Shown here: positions 54,465 through 64,000 of the stretch, piece by piece
Position numbering within the stretch: the stretch's first letter is position 1
Layout: each line of letters begins with the position of its first letter
Source: Octopus vulgaris
Taxonomy: Eukaryota
NCBI GenBank assembly: GCA_951406725.2
Contig: OX597821.1
Span: forward strand, 98,890,001-98,954,000
DNA: 64,000 bases
Direction of reading: 5' to 3'
Translations under genes and position numbers: made by a program
Notes under the pieces: generated by a model
Databases searched by the model: none
What the model was told of the DNA's origin: nothing
What the model saw: the letters and a program-made list of their open reading frames with translations, nothing else

Positions 54465-54827
54465 TAATATAAGGAAAATGGAGCGTTTGAACACAGAAAA
54501 AAAAACAATTTATTTATATAATAGTCAATTTCATATTGCCTACGTGCATTTCAATTTCTTACCTTCATTGATATATTGCAATTAAGATTGCAGTATGCAT
54601 TTAAAAGGTAAAAATCTCTTCAGGCAAAAACTGACAAAAATTTAGTTGGCAAGCTACTCTCCATCCATTAGGATGGGAATGAATTTTTGTCAGTTTTTGC
54701 CCTGAAGAGATTTTCACCTTTTAAATGCATAATGCAAACTTAATTGCAAAATATAAACGAACGTAGGCGATATGAAATTGACTATTATATGAATAAAGTG
54801 TTCAAACTCCTCTTTTTCCTTATATTA
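54465..54827. mobile_element. Foldback MITE (long imperfect inverted repeat)
   Basis: TAATATAAGGAAAA..ATAGTCAATTTCATAT..GCAAAAACTGACAAAAATT, mirrored on the right arm. Confidence 0.8.
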
Positions 54828-54959
54828 CACACACACACATGTATATATGTATGTACGTAGGTATGTATACATGTATGTATATGCAGATATGCATATATAT
54901 ATATATATTTGTCTGTATGTATGTATGTGTGTATGTAAATTTGTGTGTGTGTGTGTGTG

Positions 54960-55334
54960 CATATGTCTGTGTGTGTAATAAGTATGCATTTCTACAGTTT
55001 TCAACCGATTTTCACCAAACTTTACACACACATTACTTATGTGCCATAGATGGTCATGACCTATAATATTTTGTCCAGAGCTTCCGCGTAATGCGACAAA
55101 CCGACCGTGAAAAAAGTTTTTTCACATGAATATTTCTCTCGCCAAAAGCTTCAGTTTTTAACCCATTCTTTCCCTTTGATTTCTGCAGTTTTCGAGCGAT
55201 TCTCTCCCTTTTCTTTCTCTATTTATCACTTTTTCTTTTTCTCACTTTCACATATACAGATGCCTGTTTCTTTCACTCACTCACTCTCTCTTTCCCTCTC
55301 TCTGTCTCTGTCTCTGTCTCTCTGTCTCTCTCTC

Positions 55335-55416
<82 letters not shown>

Positions 55417-56930
55417 TTGACTTCTATGTATTTCAGTTTTGTTGTTCGTAAATATCTTTGTCGTCACACTGTTTGTACGTTCTCCCTGCAACATTACTTT
55501 ACTTATTTTAAATTTTCTGCACTCTGTTTATTTAAATACACTATTTACATTACTCCCTCTGTCGGATACCGTTGTGTAATATTGCTTCACTTTTATTCTT
55601 TCACTATTGCGTGCGTTTGCGCGTTCGATGTGTACGAGATAGTAAAGGACATTTCAAACCACCACCACGACGTGTGTATGTGTCTCTGAGTGTATGTGTG
55701 TGGGCGTATGTGTGTGTATGTCTCTCTGACTGTGTGTGCGTTTCCGCGTTAGGTACGTTATTAAACTTACACACTCATCTACACATACGTATACACATGT
55801 GACGACTGACATATGCGAACGTATGTCTGTATGTGCCGCTCTTACTATGTGTATGTGTCTGTATGTGAGAGTGCATGTGTACGTATCGTCACATTTTTCA
55901 TATGAATGTGTATGTATATGTGTCTGTGAGTGTGTGTGTATGTGTGTGTTTTCGCATCCGTTACCAACGTTATTAAACACACACATACATCTATACAAAC
56001 TCTTGACAAAAAATAATTACGTGGAAGGTTATATAAAAATGCGCATCTATCGTTCCATTAACAGTTAATAATTATCGCAACAGTTGCAAGGTTGCAAGGA
56101 AGTTATAATTTGCTTATATTTGATTACTTTACACGGCATACAAAAATATAGACATACTACATACATACAACTGCTTACAAAAATAGAGATTAATGTATGT
56201 TTTTTTTCTGTATACATATTTTTTGTTTAAAATATTTTTTTAAAATATGCCACCAAAGGAAAAATGTAATCTCCCCAGAAACACCTATAAAGCAAAGAAG
56301 AGCGCAGAAAACCGAAGGCGAGAATCTCAAGAGATAAGGGACATGAAACTTTCCCAACCTCAGCAAAGGCATGGTGGAGCACTTCTGATGGAGTCTCAAA
56401 AGAGAAGGGAGAGGAGATTTTCTCAACATCAACAAAAGCGTGCTACAACACGTCTGATGGATTCCCAAGAGAGAAGGGAGATGAGCCTTTCTCAAGATCA
56501 CCAAAAGCATTCTGCAGCACGTCAAATAGAGTCTCAAGAGAGAAGGGAGAGGAGACTTTCCCGCGATCAGAAAAGGCATTCTGTAGCACGTCAAATGGAG
56601 TCTCAAGAGAGAAGGGAGAGGAGACTTTCCCACGATTAGGAAAGACATGCTGCAGCACTTAATGCTGAATCATTAAAACAACGTTTAGCATGCCAGATTA
56701 CACAAAGGTTCAATAGAATAGCTCTCCGAAACATCACGCACAAATTCGTTCTTCACAACACCTGGAGCTGCTTTCAGATATGATCCATCCCATTCTTATA
56801 AAAATGATGATTCTGTCCAAATTGGTGTGTTAAACTCAAATTGTCGTTTATGCAAAACTTTAACATTTACTCCACAAATGTTTTGTCGTCAATGCTGCAC
56901 ATTGCTGTACCACCTGTTTCAACATGAATG

Positions 56931-56967
<37 letters not shown>

Positions 56968-57007
56968 GCCGTTTTAATCCCGAGCAACGCTGGGTATCTC
57001 TGTTAGT
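54960..57007 (+). mobile_element. Helitron remnant with N-terminal repeat-containing ORF
   Basis: ORF 56247-56639 with 23-aa ESQERRERRLS repeats, then AAFRYDP..Y..IG...C..C; 3' CCCGAGCAACGCTGGG then GTTAGT. Confidence 0.7.
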
Positions 57008-58159
57008 GATATAATAAAACAGTTATCCAACACGTCGTTAGTAGTGCGAGACAAAATTCAGATAGAGTATAACTGATCATAATATATATTGATCAAGATA
57101 ATACTTCATAAATGTGTTTGTTGGAATGTACATGCATAAGTCAATTGGATAATTCCTGAAGTAGGAAAAGGGCTATAGAATATGTATAGGCAGGTTTTTG
57201 TGTTTTACAAACACGGAAACAGCTACGAGAGCGAGAAGTGTTTTCTTTTTAAGTAGCCCCCAAATATCTTGCGGTTTGCTAGTCTCTTCTGATTCGTTAA
57301 GATTTCTGACAGGCAACTTAATACATGTATTAACAATGAGGATACAAAAATGTGGTTTGGGTAAGAAGCAAATGGATATATCAAGTAAGAATGTATGTAA
57401 AGAAGCAAGGATAAGAAAAACGAAAATATTGGACAAGACAGATAAGAAGCAAACTCCAGTTATTATTCAAAATCTATATCTGAGTTTTATCATTGTTTGT
57501 CCCTTGGTGTAAGGTTATGATTTGTGGGATATTTGGCTGCAATTTCTAGCAAGGGAGCGACTACATAGAAAACCCATAATGTGTGTGTGTGTGTGTCGTA
57601 GTTCGTATTACTGTGAGTTTGATTTTCCCCGCAAGACTGTATCGAACTAGAAAAGTATTTCATGGCGAGATGAATTTCACTGTTGGAGGCTTCTTTTTCA
57701 AAAAATTATTGAGAAACATCTCAAGAAAAGAATGATTGTTTCGCAGTTGTAATTCATATACGTGCGTTAGATCCGTTACATCTCAGTTCCCTACATTTTT
57801 ATGCACGGAATACCTCGCAAGCATGTACATATTATTCAATCGATATTGGTATACATTGCTGATCATTTGTGAGTGTCTTCTGTCAAATAAATCTGGTTTC
57901 CCATGCTTAAACAATACTTTGTTTTTAGTTATAAGTAACTTATCTTTTTTATTATAACAGCAATGTAACAGCTTTCAGTTAATTTGATAGTAAATGCAAT
58001 AATCTATAATTGCACTTTCTATGAATATAAGAAAGGATAGAAAGACGTATTTAACTATCATTTCAACATAGAAATCTTATAACTTAGTATAGTAGTTGAC
58101 ATTTTTTGTTCAATTCTGTGATGGCCAATTATTTATTTTTATCTTTAACTGATAATTAT

Positions 58160-58495
58160 CTCTATATATATAAAACTGAGAATGTATGTCTGTCTGTCTG
58201 TCTGTCTGTCTGTGTGTTTCCCTAAAACTTGAGAACTACACAACCAATTTCATTCAAATTTTACACATGCCTTACTTAAGGTCCGGGGAGTGTTATCGGC
58301 AAAAAACCTTTTGCCTAGAGCGAGCCCACAGCAATATCATATCTTCTCCACTACGATTCCCTAAAACTTGAAAACTACATAACCAATTTCATTCAAATTT
58401 TACACATGCCTTACTTAGAGTCCATGTAGTTTCATGAGCAAAAAAAATGTTCAACTTCTTGCCTAGAGCGAGCCCATAGCAATATCATATCTTGT
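58160..58495 (+). mobile_element. Helitron-like 5' end with about 140-bp tandem duplication
   Basis: TCTATATATATAAAA start; TTCCCTAAAACTTG...GCAATATCATATCTT unit present twice. Confidence 0.6.
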
Positions 58496-59432
58496 TATAG
58501 ATGAGATTTAGGCTGAAGGAGCCCTATGCAAAGGATACCCAAGTTAGTTTCACTCTAGGGGTATATTTGTGCGTGTGTGTGTTTGTGTGATTATGTATTT
58601 GTATGCTTTTGTATTGGTATTTCTCTGAAATCATTAAACATTTCGTTGCCTCAGTTTTGCACGAATTGAGATGTGTTCTTGATTGGTACATTTGCATATA
58701 CCAAACTTATATATCATGTTCCTTGTACGTCTCATTCGCACCAAGTCTTAATGCTACCAATTTGTACACTTTGTCACCTACACTATAGCAAATCCACATT
58801 TGAAATTGCAACTTAAATAATACATATTTTATATATTTAGATACATTTTTTTGTTATATTATTGTCAACGATAATGATAAAAATGAGAGTAAAGAGCTTA
58901 AGCAGCAGTAGCAGCTACGAATCGGAGATTTCACAAAACTGTAACATCTATTGTTTACTTCGTGTCTTCTCCTATGAAGAGCTTTCAATTTGTATCATTT
59001 AGTAGATTAAACAGGAAAGATTTATGTACACCAAAGACATGGCGATCAAAGTCTTATAGATACAAAGTAGAGTATAGATAAACACGAAAGATGAACGTGG
59101 CCGAGGGGGTGAGCTGTGCATATCCATTAGTGATGCACTATATCAAAGATCAAGCTACTTAACTTTAACTGCAAAATGTGTATTATGAAGAGCTCAATCC
59201 ACTGCTGTAAGCCATTGAAGTTCAAGAAAATTTAAACAATTTATTCCGTTTATCGTATGACTCTACTGATGGATAGACATCACTTATCGAAATAGAAACG
59301 CAATGATTGATTGACGAAGAAACAATCCATATTTTTTTTATATTCCATTAAAAAAAACAATTACTTGATACATACATATATACATATATGTGTGTGTGTG
59401 TGTGTGTGTATGTGTGTGTGTGTGTATGTATG

Positions 59433-59478
<46 letters not shown>

Positions 59479-59506
59479 CATACATGCATATATAATATAT
59501 ATATAT

Positions 59507-59656
<150 letters not shown>

Positions 59657-59714
59657 AAAGGTGTATAAACCCTGAGCAGCAGTAGCAGCTGCAAATCAGA
59701 TGTATATACATACA

Positions 59715-59767
<53 letters not shown>

Positions 59768-60448
59768 ATGTGAATTTAATTTAGTGCACAAATACAAAAC
59801 GTCTTTTGCTATCCTCTCGAATCCTCTTTTTGCTTCTTCCCCAGTATTTCTGAAGTTTTAGATTCGAGAATAAAAGATAGGCAGAAACTAAAGGAAGAAC
59901 GACTTTCTGAGGTTTTAGCATATGGCGCGAGTAATCTTGCTAAACAGCGTCCATCTTTGAGGAATGTCAGCCTTCGTAGCAGAATTAATTTATTCCAATT
60001 TACATGCACTCTTATTGATTATTCATGCCTCCAGGACTTGAATGGAAGATCTAAGGGATGTGAAGTTGTTTCAGCGGCAGGCCGTAGTGGCAAAGACTTT
60101 GTGCACGATGAAATAGGAGAGGATGAGGGAAAACAGGAGGAAGAGATTAGGAGATAGAAGGAGGGAGATGGTGTGTGTGTGTGACCGTGCCGCAAATGAG
60201 GAAGATAGATAGGAAAAGTGAAGGGACTATATGAGCAGAAAAAGAAATATGATGTGGTGATGGGGTAAAAGCAAAAGATTCTACAGAAGGAGGAACAAGA
60301 AAAAAAAAGAGGAAATGTGAAACTTAGAGAGGGAGAGAGAGAGAGAGAGAGAAAGAGGTAGGAAGTGGAAGAAAGAACAGAGAAACATGCTGGGCATCAT
60401 AGAAGACAAACCTGTGTATGTATGTGTGAGTGCGTACGTGTGTGCGTG

Positions 60449-60528
<80 letters not shown>

Positions 60529-61197
60529 TGTATACGCACATCAATCTGTGTGTTATGTTTGTCACGAATTTTTAATTCTACTTCTCTTACTTTCGTTTAT
60601 AATCTTTTACTAATCTTCACCTTCATTAATCCGGCCACTTTAATTTTACGTAAGTGAATGTTCTTTAAAGATTTCTTACGTTCTTAATTTTCTCAAGATC
60701 ATGTTTTTTTTTCTTTTAAGTTTAAGAATAATCATCTCATTTATTATTGCCAATAAATGTCGGTTCATTTCTGAAATCTTGACTGTTTTCTAATACTACT
60801 CACACCATAGGAAGTCAACTTTCACTTTGCGTTTTACTCGTTCTCTTGGCTTCTTTCTCAACATATGCGCATGAGTATTAATTCTATTTTTAAAATATCT
60901 GTTAAGAAATAATATAAAACGTGGCATGTTTTTTATTCCCTTGTGTTTAACATAAAAAAACATGTCTCGAAACAAAATTCTTTTTTGTTCCTTCTGATTT
61001 TCTTGAATGTAATTTTTGAATAGTATTTCTTATAGACATATATAATTCTATGCGATCTGCACAATCCCATATGCAATTATCTAAAAGCGTATATTTAAAT
61101 ATAGAGACGACACAGAGTCAAGTCAATACAAAAAGAGAGAAAAATATAAGTATAGTATAGTATAGTATAGTATATATATATATATATATGTATACAT

Positions 61198-61359
61198 ATA
61201 GTAATGGTACAACAAGGCACCAATGTTTACTGGAAACAGCAGTCGATAAATTTATGAATTTATGGCGTCTTTGCCATTGAAGCTTTACTATAGCGTCCAT
61301 AAATTTATCGACTACTATTTCCAGTAAACGTCGGTCCCTTGTTGTACCACTACTCTATA
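61198..61359. mobile_element. Palindromic MITE
   Basis: TGGTACAACAAGG..GTTTACTGGAAA..AGTCGATAAATTTATG mirrored on the right. Confidence 0.8.
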
Positions 61360-61565
61360 TTTATGCTTCTACCTTTACGGTGCTTTATTTGAATGGAAAT
61401 TAATATAGTTGTATTGCAATATTTAATTTTTTATTGTTTTATATATATATATAGTAATAGAAAAGGAAGAATTTCAATTATCCCCACGTTGTGAGTTGTA
61501 ATATATATAAGAAATTAAAAAAGGAATATACACACCCTTTACATAGTTTTAATATAATTTTTAAT

Positions 61566-61600
61566 ATATCGACCGGTTTCGCTTTCGCTATTCATGATAT
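61566..61600 (-). ncRNA. Family H3 hammerhead (A3-U8), downstream of a PLE ORF
   Basis: Reverse complement ATATC-ATGAATA-GC-GAAA-GC-GAAA-CCGG-TC-GATAT. Confidence 0.68.
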
Positions 61601-61769
61601 TATGGTTTACTTATTTGAATATATATTTTCTTAAGAAGAAATTTTTGTCCATGTTGCGTGTGAGGATATTTACGAATGAATGAAAATAAAGGCAGGTAAT
61701 TGGTTATCGTTATCATTGTTATTATTGTGGGCAAGGGAGATAACTGATCAGATTTCGCTAAAGGGAGAG

Positions 61770-61865
<96 letters not shown>

Positions 61866-61957
61866 GCACAAAAAAGTTTCGAAAAACTTGTTTAGTGAGG
61901 GGAGTTATGTACAGTGATGTAATCGTGAATTGAAATATGTAAAAAGATAGAAGTTGG

Positions 61958-63038
61958 TTATGCGTACATATTAAGACGTGTTCTGTATTTTTCGATGAAA
62001 AAAGTTTCTTTATTTAAACGTTCTTGTGGAGAAATTATGTCTTTGCACTGGTAGAAAGGGAAGACAGTGAAATTTGGTGTGAAGTTATCTGCACATTTTT
62101 CTATATGTTCACTGACAAGAATTTGCCTGTATTGCGGGAAACGGATTTGCTCTTTATGTAGAGTGGTTCTCCGTCTCAGGGTCATACTTTTCTGTCCAAT
62201 ATAGTTGTGTCCACAACCCGAGCAGGTTATTACATAAATTAGGTTCTCAGAGGCACAAGTGACGCTAGTTTTAATTGTGAACCTCTCTCCTTGTTTGAAA
62301 AGGAAAACCGAGCCTTCAAGCAAGTTTGGGCGGGCTCCACAGTTTGGGCGCCCACATTTTTTAACCGTTGGTTTCGTGGTTGTTTTGTAAAGCTTCCCAT
62401 TAGTTAGCAGTCTCTTTAGCGACCTGTGTTGCTTTTTGCATTTGATGAGTTTGTGCATTTTCAGGATGTCGCTTATTTTTGGATCTCTAGTTAGTAAAGG
62501 GAGATTTTGCACAAGTGTTGAATGCCTCACTGTTTCTGGGGTTGTGTGTTGATATAAACAGAAGTGTTTTGAGATGAGGTGTGGTGTTCTTAGCGTTTTT
62601 TATGCCTAATTTTTTGGCACGTTTAATTCCCTCTTGAGGGTGGATATTGTCTTTTAGTAAGCGTTGTTTTGAGGTCTTGAAGACGAAGGTCCCGAGTAGT
62701 TCTATCAGACACTATTGTGCAAATCCTTTTTGCCAAATTGAAAGGGATATTTATTTTGATGTGTTTCGGGTGGCATGGGCTAAAGAGGAGATATTGTTTT
62801 GAGTCAGTTGGTTTATAATAGATGTCAGTTATAATTTGATTGTTGACTTTTTTTATCCTGATGTCTAAAAATGGAAGCCGTTCTTTGTTATATTCCATTG
62901 TGAATTGAATGTTACTATTTATATCATTTAGTGTTAATTAGAAATCCAAAAGTTTGTCGATGTTCTCCTTCCAAATAATAAAACAGTCATCCAGGTATCT
63001 TTTCCAATTTTCTCTTATGTAAAAGTAAAATGGGTAAC
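61958..63038 (-). pseudogene. Penelope-like RT + GIY-YIG endonuclease remnant
   Basis: WKRYLDDCF, LPFLDI..IYYKPTD..YL...CHP, KCGRPNC, NLIYVITC..C...YIGQ, H..H, E.FFI...LN. Confidence 0.92.
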
Positions 63039-63186
63039 CTATTTCTTTATTACCCACAAGGGGCTAAACCAGAGGGGACAAACAAGGACAGACATAGGTA
63101 TTAAGTCGATTACATCGACCCCAGTGCGCAACTGGTACTTAATTTATCGACCCCGAAAGGATGAAAGGCAAAGTCGACCTCGGCGG
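63039..63186 (-). mobile_element. SINE family B 3' part
   Basis: Matches 628-780. Confidence 0.88.
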
Positions 63187-63721
63187 ATCATGGGGGCATG
63201 ATTTTCCATGCTTTTTTGTTGCAGTTTTACTCCGGATCGGGCTGCAATCCCATTTGATTCTTCGTTACGCTGTCGTACTGTCAAGCGTCTCTCCGCTTTG
63301 TCATCCTTCTTTCTGGATGTCAGCAAGTCTTTCCCAGCAGTCAGTATCTGGGGAATTTCAACCGTGTTTCGTGGTCTGCTCCCACAACAGCTCCTTTATA
63401 GGATCCAGTTAGCTCAAGACATCATTAGGAGGAACCACGTCCGGTTTCGGCCCCTACAACTCTACCGTTTTGATGTGGCGCCCTCCTCCCCTTTTGGAGG
63501 TGTCTACAGCTCTGGTGTTGGATGCATGTCTTCTTTCTTCTTCTTTCTTCTGTTGCCTGGACTCTTCTATGTAGCATCAACGAGTGTCAGCGGGCGACTG
63601 ACTGTCTTGTGAAATTTCCCTTTAAATACCTGCTGGTAGGCTCCAGCAGGCAGCCCCAGCAAGTTGTCACGTGACACTGTCTCAACTTTAACTGACCAAT
63701 GAAGGTGCGTAGTCTCAACCC

Positions 63722-63783
<62 letters not shown>

Positions 63784-63850
63784 CAACAACAACAACAACA
63801 ACATCGAAAAATATCTTAGGAATGAGAACCCAGGTTCTAAATTTCCCCAA

Positions 63851-63899
63851 GACACCTGATGAAGGCTGGAGGGTAGTATATCAACCGAAACGTTGTGTT
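63851..63899 (+). ncRNA. Minimal hammerhead-like motif, canonical core
   Basis: GACAC-CTGATGA-A-GGCTG-loop-CAACC-GAAA-CG-TT-GTGTT, downstream of (AAT)n(AAC)n. Confidence 0.7.
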
Positions 63900-64000
63900 A
63901 ACAACGAACAAGATGAGGACAAATATCCGTCAAATGTAAATAATGTACATAATTCCTCATCTCTTAAATATAGAACTGAAAATTTTCTTGTTCTGTACTT

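Noticed and set aside
57173-57512. Hydrophobic ORFs as a host-gene exon
   Set aside because: No recognisable domain or splice context; stops nearby.

Overview
AT-rich, microsatellite-dense eukaryotic non-coding DNA made almost entirely of decayed transposable elements. The SINE families look cephalopod/Octopus-like (inferred from recognition, not searched). No intact host gene, rRNA, tRNA gene or CRISPR array is supported. Long ORFs in the track are microsatellite artefacts or TE pseudogenes. The window holds three tRNA-derived SINE families (over 25 copies), remnants of RTE, R4/Dong, Tx1/L1 and CR1 LINEs, a Gypsy gag-pol remnant, Tc1/mariner and Helitron remnants, several MITEs with TSDs, and at least four Penelope-like (PLE) RT/GIY-YIG remnants. 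The main hidden signal is about 17 minimal type I hammerhead-ribozyme-like motifs on both strands, in about 9 families, mostly in PLE-type termini next to microsatellites. They carry family-specific palindromic stem III and non-canonical cores, including compensatory swaps of the 3-8 tertiary pair (C-G, G-C, A-U, U-G) and a recurrent U4C core. All folds were read by eye, catalytic activity is untested, and boundaries of decayed elements are approximate.
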